Positions 1 through 7,952 of a stretch of 11,560 nt of DNA are shown in pieces (the first letter of the stretch is position 1; each line of letters opens with the position of its first letter). The stretch is from a virus. The stretch lies in the UHGV virus genome UHGV-0176440; one strand, 5' to 3'. A model generated the notes under the pieces. It was not told the DNA's origin. It searched no databases and saw nothing but the letters and a program-made list of their open reading frames with translations. A program made the translations under genes and the position numbers.

Positions 1-121
1 GCTTAACGACAACTTCTGCGCCATCCACTTTGCTTGCACCCTCAGCAACTGCGCGTGCCATCGTTTCAATATGTCCGTACATGGAATAATAAAGCACTAG
101 TATTCTTGCCTTAACACTCAT
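1..121 (-). CDS. wrbA: NAD(P)H:quinone oxidoreductase WrbA, N-terminal fragment (gene continues beyond window start)
   Basis: Reverse complement of 1-121 reads from ATG (119-121) as [40 protein letters not shown], the flavodoxin-like WrbA N-terminus ([33 protein letters not shown] as I recall it from E. coli WrbA). GC is clearly higher here than in the rest of the window. Confidence 0.85.
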   Translation of the reverse strand, partial: MSVKARILVLYYSMYGHIETMARAVAEGASKVDGAEVVVK

Positions 122-172
122 ATCATTGTTCTCCTGTTCAATGAACCACTTAGATAAGCATAGTCCGAAGAT

Positions 173-1816
173 ATGAAGCTGCTAGTGACATACATCAGGT
201 GGAGTACTAAAGAGCAAGACTCAGGAGACTCCTTAAGACGGCAAACAAACCTCATTGATGCTTTCTACTCTAAGCACAAAAACGATTATTACCTTCTTCC
301 TGCTCACAGATACGTTGATAAGGGTAAATCTGGTTTTCACCAGCAACATAAGGCTCAAGGTTCTGACTTCAGACGTATGTTTGAAAATGTTATGTCTGGG
401 GCTATTCCAGAAGGTTCCCTGATTGTTGTAGAGAACTTTGACCGCTTCAGTAGGGCTGATATCGACACAGCTATAGATGATGTCAGGCAGATACTGAGGA
501 AAGGAGTCTCTATACTGACTCTGGGAGATGGTGAACTCTACGACAAATCAGCATTAACAGACCCTGTGAAGTTGATTAAGCACATCATCATAGCTGAGAG
601 AGCACATCAGGAATCTCTTGTTAAGCAAAAGCGTATAGCTCAGGTCTGGAACCATAAAACACAGCTTGCAAGAGAACTTAAGAAGCCTATGGGTAAGCAA
701 GCCCCCGGATGGTTAGAGCTATCAGAAGACGGTTCACACTACATCGTTGATGAAGATAAAGCGTCACTGGTGAATATCATCTATGACAAGCGTCTTTCTG
801 GTATGTCGATGTTTGCTATCTGTAAATGGTTAAACGAACAAGGTTACCCGACCATTAATCAGCGTAAGGTCAGAATATCCAAGACTAAGAAACCTGATGG
901 TAACTGGTCAGCATTAAGCGTTAAACACATCCTGACTTCACGAAGTGTATTAGGTTACCTTCCCGCTAAGATTTCTACAGAAGACCGTAAAACAGTGTTA
1001 CGTGAAGAAATTGAAGGGTTCTATCCTCAGATTGTCACAGATTCTAAGTTTTACGCTGTACAGCAACTGTTAGAGGAAACAGGGAAGGGGAAAACATCCA
1101 GCGGTGAACACTGGCTATATGTGAACATACTGAAGGGGCTTATCCGTTGTAAGTGTGGGCTTGTAATGACTCCTACAGGGATACGTAAACCCGTTTATCA
1201 AGGTACTTACCGTTGCAATGGTAATAAGGAGTCCCGTTGTAGCTACGGTACAGTGTCCAGAAAGTTACTTGATACACAGCTTTGCAGTCGTCTGTTTAGC
1301 AAACTATCACAGCTACACGATGAAGCTACCGATACAGCTAAATTAGATGAACTACAAAGAAGATTAAACACCGTTGATAGTGAACTGGAAAAACTCACTG
1401 AGACGCTGATACAGCTACCTAACATCACCCAGATTCAGGAAGCACTACGGGTTAAACAGGAAGAAAAAGATGAACTGATAGTTCAGTTATCACGAGAAAA
1501 GGCGAGGGTAAAATCTGTATCAAGCTTGGATTTAAGCGGTCTTGATATGGAGTCTGTAGAGGGGAGAACTGAAGCCCAGATTATCATTAAGCGTCTGGTG
1601 AAAGAGATTGTTGTTTCTGGTAATGAAAAGCTGGTGGATATATATCTTCACAATGGAAATATGATTCGTGGTTTCCCTCTTGATGGTAAAGATGACCACA
1701 CCTTAACGCTTGAAGAAGCAACCGATGAGATGCAGTCATTAGATGATATGCTTATTTTTGGTGAACCAGTAACAAGGATTTATCCTGCTGGTGATATGGA
1801 AGAGGTGGACGCTTAG
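173..1816 (+). CDS. Large serine recombinase (integrase)
   Basis: 547-aa ORF. N-terminal resolvase-type catalytic motif YIRWSTKEQ, Cys-rich zinc-ribbon segment (CKCG...[13 protein letters not shown]) and coiled-coil C-terminal region, the standard large-serine-recombinase architecture. Confidence 0.92.
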   Translation: MKLLVTYIRWSTKEQDSGDSLRRQTNLIDAFYSKHKNDYYLLPAHRYVDKGKSGFHQQHKAQGSDFRRMFENVMSGAIPEGSLIVVENFDRFSRADIDTAIDDVRQILRKGVSILTLGDGELYDKSALTDPVKLIKHIIIAERAHQESLVKQKRIAQVWNHKTQLARELKKPMGKQAPGWLELSEDGSHYIVDEDKASLVNIIYDKRLSGMSMFAICKWLNEQGYPTINQRKVRISKTKKPDGNWSALSVKHILTSRSVLGYLPAKISTEDRKTVLREEIEGFYPQIVTDSKFYAVQQLLEETGKGKTSSGEHWLYVNILKGLIRCKCGLVMTPTGIRKPVYQGTYRCNGNKESRCSYGTVSRKLLDTQLCSRLFSKLSQLHDEATDTAKLDELQRRLNTVDSELEKLTETLIQLPNITQIQEALRVKQEEKDELIVQLSREKARVKSVSSLDLSGLDMESVEGRTEAQIIIKRLVKEIVVSGNEKLVDIYLHNGNMIRGFPLDGKDDHTLTLEEATDEMQSLDDMLIFGEPVTRIYPAGDMEEVDA

Positions 1817-2601
1817 TATTTTTTATTAGGGTTCACTGAGTACTTTTTAAGCTTTGAAGCTACTCGACCAGCGTTACTATTAGCATTGGTGACGTTGGTT
1901 TTTTCAGCTTCTGTTAAGTCTGAATAGTCCAGCTTCCAAGCCTTATTACACTTAATCTGAGCATCGAGAATATCATTTCTGATAGCTGGAGCGTAACCGG
2001 ATACATCGCTAATACTCATTAGCTCTTTGCACGATAGCATAGGCGCGTTATTGCGTTCAGTGGTCACGTTACCTGTATTCTTCTTACTGGTAGCACCACC
2101 ATCATTCGTAGTCGCGGCTTTTCCAGTTGCAGCCGAGATATCAGTCTGCCCCACAACAGCTTTGAAGTTGATTTCCTGAAAAGTTAGCTGGATTCTTAGA
2201 CCATTTGAAATACCAACATCTTTAGAGGCTTTAAAACTTGTGATAATGGAATCATCAATTTTAATTCCGTCTTTACAGATGACCGAAATAATTTGTTTCT
2301 GGTCACGCCAGTTTTCCAGAGTGTCAATGAAGTTTTCTACTAATTGGCCCTGACGAGTTAATAATAAGCTCCCTTCATAGCCAACTACAACGACACCACT
2401 AATAGTGATTGTTCTGGGTGCTCTTTGCACATTATCTGTGACGGTTTGCCCTGATTGCATGTTCTGTGTAGTCACCTGCATAGGGCTATCAAATTCCATA
2501 TTTTCAGTTGCTGATAAGGTTAAGAAGGCATCTACATTATCTCTTAAGTGGAAATAGATGCCATCTTTGCCACTGTAGCGGATTTGATTAGAGTAAATCA
2601 T
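1813..2601 (-). CDS. Hypothetical protein (262 aa), immediately downstream of the tape-measure-like gene; possibly a tail-associated protein
   Basis: ORF-track ORF 1813-2622 trimmed to the ATG at 2599-2601, which has an AGGAG SD 8 nt upstream (minus-strand sense ...AAGGAGAATTTAATG). Stop codon overlaps the integrase stop (convergent). No recognisable motif. Confidence 0.6.
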   Translation of the reverse strand: MIYSNQIRYSGKDGIYFHLRDNVDAFLTLSATENMEFDSPMQVTTQNMQSGQTVTDNVQRAPRTITISGVVVVGYEGSLLLTRQGQLVENFIDTLENWRDQKQIISVICKDGIKIDDSIITSFKASKDVGISNGLRIQLTFQEINFKAVVGQTDISAATGKAATTNDGGATSKKNTGNVTTERNNAPMLSCKELMSISDVSGYAPAIRNDILDAQIKCNKAWKLDYSDLTEAEKTNVTNANSNAGRVASKLKKYSVNPNKKY

Positions 2602-2757
2602 TAAATTCTCCTTTGATTTCAAAGGCTTAGTGTATTTTAATCATTTTTAACCAAGCCTTTGATATATAAGTGTTTTCTCTGTTAAGCGTGAGCTACGTGA
2701 AAAATAATTTTTGGTGTGGGTATTAACTTTGCTTTATTCACGTAGAACACCGTTAAA

Positions 2758-4926
2758 TCAATCATCTTCTGGGAATGATGAACTTAATAGCGTAGCTTCT
2801 GCATATTGGTCGTAGATATTACTGCTAAAGGTCATAAAGCTGGTTTCATCTGGTTTAATGGCAACTTCACCACCAAGTGAAACTTTCACAGGCTCCTGAA
2901 TACGCTTACTTAAAGCAGAGATTTCATCCCTCAGACCCTGAATATCTGCACTCGTTAATGATGCATCTTGTTTCATGGTAATTAATTCTGGATGATTGAA
3001 TCTTGCAATATTCATTGTGGCATTGTTAAACAATTCACCCATTGAACTAAAAATTCTACTCCATCCTTCGTTAATCACATTCGGTTTATTAGGGTCACCA
3101 GAATACACAGGATTAAAGTCACTACCCACACCTACCCCAGATGGATGCATATTAGCGTTTTTGACTACTTCCTGATTCATAAAATCCAGTGCTTTCTTCA
3201 ATGCATATAAACCAAGGGTGACACCTCTGATTTGTGGAATCATTGAAGCTAATGCTAACGCTGTTTCATAACCGTCATCAGCATAACCAATTGCAAGAGC
3301 ACTACCTACACCACCAGCTACACCTTTCAGTTTACCAGTAGCTACCTGACCAGCCACCTGATTAGCTCTTGTACCTAACGTTGTGATTGCTCTTGTCAGG
3401 TTCATAACCCCTGTAGTAGCACTGAATAGTGTCTTTGCAGATAACGCTATAGCAAGACCTTTGACGAAGTTGATAAAACCATCACCGACTTCATCAAGTA
3501 GTTTTCGTTTAGTGTCATCAAGGCTGTAATAGAACTTCTTAGTCTGTAAAATCCAGCCTTCAATGGTGTTATTGAATACGCGAATATCATCTACACCAGC
3601 TTTAAGCATGTCGATAAGTCCACCGATAGCATCACCAGCGATAGAAGAACTCATCCCCATTTCACTAAGCAGGTTACTCAGGCTGGATAAGAAGCCGTTT
3701 AACTCATCCTGTGAACCTGAGAAGATTTTCACCATCGTATCATCCCAGTTGTTAGCCAGTTTCCCTAAAGCTGTCTGAGTGCTCTTAGCGACTTCAGCCC
3801 AGCCACCCGCTTTATCAATCATCAAGCCCATCTGTTTAGCGACTTTAGGGAGAGTATCACTACTTAAAATCTTCCCGTTTTTCATGGCTGCATCAAGCTC
3901 TGTAGCAGTCATACCCAATGCTTCAGCGAATAGCTTAAATGCACCAGCCATACGGTCACCTAACTGCCCACGTAATTCTTCAGCCTGAATCTTGCCCTTA
4001 GAAGCCATCTGCTCAAATGCTTTCAAAATGCCGTTTAGCTCGTCGTTAGAAAGCCCCATTAAGCGACTCATAGCCGTTGCATTACCAAATAGTTCCTGTG
4101 TCTGTTCCTGTGACATAGAACCCTGAGCACCTGCTGCAAACTTAGCGTAGCTTGATAGCCCTTCAGAGATATTAAGACCTGTCTTGTCAGCCAGTCCCCT
4201 GATAAATGTTTCAGCTTCAGATGCTTTATCACCAAGTACAAACTTAGCGGCTCTCTGTGCGGAATCTCGTTTAAGACCTGCATTCATAATGGCCTTGTAA
4301 GCGTTAAGAGCACCCATCACAGAGTAAAATGCACCAGATAATTTAATTGCATTGCTTGCAAGATTATTAAATGCGTCGCTTGTATTATTAATGCTGGTGG
4401 TCTTTGTCTGTGACCTGAGTTTATTCAACGTTTCACGAAGAGATTGATTTAATTTTGCAAGTTCAGCGTTAAACTTTTCACTTCCAATATTACCAGCCTT
4501 GCCGCTTAAACTGTAATATTGTGCTTTAAACATTTTAGCCATCAGCGGATTAATATCACCAAGCTTAGACATATTCACACTATGCGCTGCTGTGATTGCT
4601 CTGTTGCCGCTAATTCGTGGCTGTCTCGGTTGTTTTGGAGGATTAACAGTGTCATTAAATCTGGTGGTAAACTGGAAAACTTTTGTGCTTCGTGCTCTAG
4701 CTTCCAGACGGTCAAAGGTCTTATTAATTTTTCCTTCCATTGACTTTAAAGAACTTGTCAGATTGCTGTCAAATTTCTTGGTATCGACCTTAAACGCCCT
4801 ATTCAAATTACGTTCAATTCTTTGTGCTGATTGCAAAGCTGCCTTTTCAACTCTTTGCAAGCCCTTAACAACGTTCTCGCTGAAGCCTAGCTCAACGATA
4901 AAACTATCAACTGTGAATTTGCTCAT
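2758..4926 (-). CDS. Phage tail tape-measure-like protein (722 aa)
   Basis: Long low-complexity helical protein rich in A/L/K/G/S. Central segment SNDELNGILKAFEQMASKGKIQAEELRGQLGDRMAGAFKLFAEALGMTATELDAAMKNGKILSSDTLPKVAKQMG resembles the conserved tape-measure domain; Gly-rich hydrophobic C-terminal stretch. SD GAGGTG upstream of ATG. Confidence 0.7.
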   Translation of the reverse strand: MSKFTVDSFIVELGFSENVVKGLQRVEKAALQSAQRIERNLNRAFKVDTKKFDSNLTSSLKSMEGKINKTFDRLEARARSTKVFQFTTRFNDTVNPPKQPRQPRISGNRAITAAHSVNMSKLGDINPLMAKMFKAQYYSLSGKAGNIGSEKFNAELAKLNQSLRETLNKLRSQTKTTSINNTSDAFNNLASNAIKLSGAFYSVMGALNAYKAIMNAGLKRDSAQRAAKFVLGDKASEAETFIRGLADKTGLNISEGLSSYAKFAAGAQGSMSQEQTQELFGNATAMSRLMGLSNDELNGILKAFEQMASKGKIQAEELRGQLGDRMAGAFKLFAEALGMTATELDAAMKNGKILSSDTLPKVAKQMGLMIDKAGGWAEVAKSTQTALGKLANNWDDTMVKIFSGSQDELNGFLSSLSNLLSEMGMSSSIAGDAIGGLIDMLKAGVDDIRVFNNTIEGWILQTKKFYYSLDDTKRKLLDEVGDGFINFVKGLAIALSAKTLFSATTGVMNLTRAITTLGTRANQVAGQVATGKLKGVAGGVGSALAIGYADDGYETALALASMIPQIRGVTLGLYALKKALDFMNQEVVKNANMHPSGVGVGSDFNPVYSGDPNKPNVINEGWSRIFSSMGELFNNATMNIARFNHPELITMKQDASLTSADIQGLRDEISALSKRIQEPVKVSLGGEVAIKPDETSFMTFSSNIYDQYAEATLLSSSFPEDD

Positions 4927-4956
4927 TCATATTTTTCACCTCTTAAGTGTTCATAT

Positions 4957-4999
4957 ACAAAAAAGGGAGAGCTACCGATGTCACTCGATAATCTCTCCC
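4957..4999 (-). terminator. Rho-independent terminator/attenuator (minus strand) between the 67-aa gene and the tape-measure-like gene
   Basis: Minus-strand RNA: GGGAGAG...CTCTCCC stem (plus strand 4965-4971 / 4993-4999) with inner CGA/TCG pairing, followed by UUUUUUGUAU (plus-strand A-run 4957-4964). Confidence 0.5.
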
Positions 5000-5046
5000 C
5001 GTGTTATAGATTCGATAGAACCTATCTCATACACCCAACCAATTCT

Positions 5047-5250
5047 TTATCTAATCAGATAATAATTACCATCTTCACCGACAATCTGACAATCACTTGG
5101 TAATTTATCAAGACACCATTTAGCGATTCTTCTGATTCTGTTATTTTGCTTAGAGGTGGATGATTTGATTCGTTTTGGTTTGTTGGGTTGTTCTTTCAAT
5201 CTCTCGCTAATTGCTTTAATAAGTTCATAGCGTTCCGTTAAATCAATCAT
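5047..5250 (-). CDS. Hypothetical small basic protein (67 aa)
   Basis: ORF with a very strong SD (AAAGGAGGTG, 6-nt spacer) before ATG; 25 nt downstream of the 236-aa gene stop. Confidence 0.6.
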   Translation of the reverse strand: MIDLTERYELIKAISERLKEQPNKPKRIKSSTSKQNNRIRRIAKWCLDKLPSDCQIVGEDGNYYLIR

Positions 5251-5275
5251 TCACCACCTCCTTTTTAATTCATAG

Positions 5276-5986
5276 TCAAAGTGCCTTTGCATACTTCTGA
5301 GAAATCTTCGTAAGCTGCTCAATATCAGCCTGCATAGCAACCTTCTTCTGCGTTTCATATGCAGAAATAAGGTCTTTCATAGCCTGAAGCTCTCTTGAGA
5401 GATACAACTTAGCACTATCAAGCTGCTTGTTACGTGATGCCAAGATGTTCTGTCTAGCAAGTTCACAGAGTTCTTCATCGCTCTTATCGGTCATGTAAAT
5501 AAACTGACCAGCACCTCTTGAAGCTTTAACCATCTTCACAATTCGATATCCATCAGGAAGACTACTAATCGCGGCTGGGATGTTTTCTGGATAAATACCA
5601 AAACCGTCATTGTCTTCGTATTGGTAATAGACAAATGGTTTCTGTGACAATTCATCCTGAATCTCAAATTCTGACGGCTCAATAGCTGATTGCATCAAGG
5701 TAACTTTGCTGTAAGCGTCATCTAATCTAAGGCGCTGTTCTTTTAACTGTGGGTAATATTCACGCTCAAGATTAAATAGTGCTTCAGTTTTGCATACATC
5801 AGGCATCTCTTGAGATTCAGGAGCCACAAAGGTAACTTGCTTTGGTGACATCTTTAGCGATTGCTCAAGCTCAATACGCTTGTCATGCTCTTGACGCTGG
5901 ATAGTGATAGCTGGATGCTCAGTCTGTGGTGACCAGTCGCCAAAACTATCAATCTTTTTACCGTTAATATATAAATCGTTTGTCAT
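5276..5986 (-). CDS. Hypothetical protein (236 aa) with helical/coiled-coil C-terminus
   Basis: ORF with SD AGAGGAAA upstream of ATG; no recognisable catalytic motif. Confidence 0.65.
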   Translation of the reverse strand: MTNDLYINGKKIDSFGDWSPQTEHPAITIQRQEHDKRIELEQSLKMSPKQVTFVAPESQEMPDVCKTEALFNLEREYYPQLKEQRLRLDDAYSKVTLMQSAIEPSEFEIQDELSQKPFVYYQYEDNDGFGIYPENIPAAISSLPDGYRIVKMVKASRGAGQFIYMTDKSDEELCELARQNILASRNKQLDSAKLYLSRELQAMKDLISAYETQKKVAMQADIEQLTKISQKYAKAL

Positions 5987-6014
5987 TGTTTCATTTCCTC
6001 TAAGTGTGTGGTTA

Positions 6015-6092
6015 TTTCTTAATAGAGCACCTTCAACGCCAATACACTTAGAAGATGACTTAACGATTTATTAAAGATGCTCTATTAAGAAA
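6015..6092. repeat. Perfect 15-bp inverted repeat (TTTCTTAATAGAGCA / TGCTCTATTAAGAAA) separated by 48 bp
   Basis: Arms at 6015-6029 and 6078-6092 are exact reverse complements; located in the upstream region of the 236-aa gene. Confidence 0.8.
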
Positions 6093-6102
6093 AGCCCTAA
6101 AC

Positions 6103-6146
6103 ATAGGTGATTCGGATATTCATGGAATCATCCTCATCTGTGAAGG
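6103..6146 (+). repeat. Copy A of a roughly 40-nt dispersed repeat with an internal hairpin (TGATTC-11nt-GAATCA)
   Basis: ATAGGTGATTCGGATATTCATGGAATCATCCTCATCTGTG matches 11465-11508 (ATAGTTGATTCGGATGTTCTAGGAATCATCCTCATACGTG) at about 36 of 41 positions, same orientation. Confidence 0.8.
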
Positions 6147-6220
6147 GCTTTGAAGGTTTGCTTTAACGTTAACGAAGTTTCAGGAAAAACTTTCTTTAAA
6201 AGCTCTGTTTAAAAACTCTT

Positions 6221-6250
6221 AAAGAAAACGCCCTAATCATGAGTTAGGGC
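6221..6250 (-). terminator. Rho-independent terminator (minus strand) downstream of the 107-aa/micro-ORF unit
   Basis: Minus-strand RNA GCCCUAA-cucauga-UUAGGGC followed by GUUUUCUUU (plus-strand stem 6230-6236 / 6244-6250, A-rich 6221-6229). A weaker hairpin plus U-tract lies at about 6393-6412. Confidence 0.55.
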
Positions 6251-6474
6251 AAAGCTGTAAGGGTTCAATAATGAATGATTAAGCACTTTTTGATATATAG
6301 CCTATCTAGTGGGCTAAATAGGCCATGTAGCGAAAAGCATTGCACCTTTCAGAATAACTATCCCTAGATGTAGATGGAATTGTTGAAAGAAATAAGAGAG
6401 AATTGCTCTCCCATACTTAAAATTATGGCATATTTAAGGTTATTTGTCAACAGCTTTTTAACAGATTGGTAACA

Positions 6475-6552
6475 TTAATTCTTATTTACCGTGTTACCTA
6501 CCCAGCAACCAACAAATAAACCCAAAGCTGTCCAAGCAATTATTAAGCCCAT
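6475..6552 (-). CDS. Unannotated micro-ORF, 25-aa hydrophobic peptide (MGLIIAWTALGLFVGCWVGNTVNKN)
   Basis: ATG overlaps the stop of the upstream 107-aa ORF in a TAATG arrangement (translational coupling). Single predicted transmembrane-like helix. Not in the ORF track because of length. Confidence 0.35.
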   Translation of the reverse strand: MGLIIAWTALGLFVGCWVGNTVNKN

Positions 6553-6875
6553 TAATGCACCACCTTCGAATCCGTCACCAAAATATTGTCAGCGTACAAA
6601 ATTGCTATAGCTGCCTTGAGATATCTTTCAGGGCTAACGCTGTATCGGTTCGTTTGCTCGATAACCAATCTTTTCATGTTGCTGTCTTTAATTGGTAGCA
6701 TCATTCGAGGCTCGTTAAACTCCACCGACTGAATAAAATCTTCAATTGCTTCTGAGTTTTCAGCCATGAGCTTTAGCAGCTTGTCAAAGTCAATGCTAAC
6801 ACCTACATCAGTGAAAGCCTGAATCATCATAGCGGTGTCGCTATCAACGAAAATTTGCATTGGGTGATTATTCAT
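6552..6875 (-). CDS. Hypothetical acidic protein (107 aa)
   Basis: ORF with SD AGAGGAAT 8 nt upstream of ATG; no recognisable motif. Confidence 0.6.
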   Translation of the reverse strand: MNNHPMQIFVDSDTAMMIQAFTDVGVSIDFDKLLKLMAENSEAIEDFIQSVEFNEPRMMLPIKDSNMKRLVIEQTNRYSVSPERYLKAAIAILYADNILVTDSKVVH

Positions 6876-7012
6876 TTTTAAATTCCTCTAAAACACATCT
6901 TAAATCTGCCAAAATAGCCATTCTGAGGCCAGTAACCATGCGGGTTACAGAGGGAGTGAGACACCTTAGTAATAGGGTAGCTCATCTTTGAGTCTCACTC
7001 ATTCTCACAGGC

Positions 7013-7399
7013 TTACACAGACGCTTTAATCTTGTAGTATTGACTGCGTGATAAGCCGTATTTCTCAGAAATATAACTTTGTGATTGTCCTTTGGTGATT
7101 GCATCAATGATTAAATCTTTATTGTATCTGTTGCCATTGGTTTTGTGCTTGTCACCACTTTTAATAGAGTTGAAATTCTCAATTAATTTAATGGCGTCTT
7201 TAAGGTCGTCTTCGTAAGCATAATCAAAACCCCTGATAAACTCGAAATCACCATTATCTTTTTGTGCTTCAGTCCAGATATCAAATCTTGAGGCTAATTG
7301 CTGGTGGGTAAACTTGGGTTTATTGGTTTCTGTTATGTCTTTCCAGACTCTACCGTCAAATCTTACCAAATGGTCACGATGTTTATAAAAGTCATACAT
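7013..7399 (-). CDS. Putative DNA-binding protein with C-terminal helix-turn-helix (128 aa)
   Basis: ORF-track ORF 7013-7432 starts at TTG; the internal ATG at 7397-7399 has AGGAGG just upstream and overlaps the HNH gene stop (TAATG). C-terminal segment NRYNKDLIIDAITKGQSQSYISEKYGLSRSQYYKIK looks like a resolvase/terminase-small-subunit-type HTH. Confidence 0.6.
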   Translation of the reverse strand: MYDFYKHRDHLVRFDGRVWKDITETNKPKFTHQQLASRFDIWTEAQKDNGDFEFIRGFDYAYEDDLKDAIKLIENFNSIKSGDKHKTNGNRYNKDLIIDAITKGQSQSYISEKYGLSRSQYYKIKASV

Positions 7400-7671
7400 T
7401 AAACCTCCTGTAGTAAATTGTTTGGGTGGCAATTTCTTTTATTACCATCCCTGAAGATAATTTTTTTAGTTGCCTGAACTTCATGATGCAAAAACCAGAT
7501 GACATATTTCACATAATAATCACGAGTGCCATAACGAATCATTGGATTACCGTAAGCGTCATCTCTTGTCTTAACCTCTCCACCATCAATCCATTCAAGC
7601 ATTCCTGTTTCGTAATTAATCATGAAGTAAGTTGCAAAGAACCGTTTAATATCATCTCGCCATTGCTTCAT
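7399..7671 (-). CDS. HNH endonuclease (90 aa)
   Basis: Motif VIWFLHHEVQATKKIIFRDGNKRNCHPNNLLQ (paired His, then DGNK..N..NL) typical of small phage-associated HNH nucleases. SD AAGAGG upstream of ATG. Confidence 0.7.
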   Translation of the reverse strand: MKQWRDDIKRFFATYFMINYETGMLEWIDGGEVKTRDDAYGNPMIRYGTRDYYVKYVIWFLHHEVQATKKIIFRDGNKRNCHPNNLLQEV

Positions 7672-7673
7672 AA

Positions 7674-7952
7674 TCAGACCTCTTGAGATAACTTGTGAAT
7701 CTTGATGCTCAATAGTCGGGCAATATCAATTTTAAAGCTGTTAAGTGCCTTCAAAGTATCTAAAGCGTCCGTAGTAATTCGGATGTGCTTACGACCTTTA
7801 GAGACTGGATATTTAAGTAAATCCGACTCAGTGACTTCTTTAGCAATTGCAAGCTGCATAACAGTCTGATGAGGCAAGTTAGTTGCTCGTTTAATTCTGT
7901 TAAGCTCGTTAAAAGCTTCCTCTGAAATACGGGTTAATGTGTGTTTATTCAT
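7674..7952 (-). CDS. Putative ribbon-helix-helix DNA-binding protein, possibly tandem RHH (92 aa)
   Basis: Two beta-strand-then-two-helix patterns (HTLTRISEEAFNELNRIKRATNLPHQTVMQLAIAK and KHIRITTDALDTLKALNSFKIDIARLL). ATG directly follows the TAA of the upstream gene; SD AGAGGAA. Confidence 0.55.
   Translation of the reverse strand: MNKHTLTRISEEAFNELNRIKRATNLPHQTVMQLAIAKEVTESDLLKYPVSKGRKHIRITTDALDTLKALNSFKIDIARLLSIKIHKLSQEV

Noticed and set aside
1243-1428. 61-aa minus-strand ORF inside the integrase gene
   Set aside because: Entirely antisense within a well-supported 547-aa CDS; low-complexity Ser/Cys-rich translation; no SD.
3563-3988. Plus-strand ORFs (71 and 69 aa) inside the tape-measure-like gene
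   Set aside because: Antisense to a long well-supported CDS; translations are low-complexity, typical of antisense frames in A/L/S-rich genes.
4068-4283. 71-aa minus-strand ORF overlapping the tape-measure-like gene in another frame
   Set aside because: Out-of-frame overlap with the 722-aa CDS; no SD; no recognisable motif.
4519-5062. Plus-strand ORFs of 74 and 156 aa overlapping the tape-measure-like gene start and the terminator region
   Set aside because: Antisense to the tape-measure-like N-terminus and to the hairpin/SD region; no credible SD; composition typical of spurious antisense ORFs.
7426-7686. 86-aa plus-strand ORF antisense to the HNH gene
   Set aside because: Overlaps the motif-supported HNH CDS on the opposite strand; no SD.
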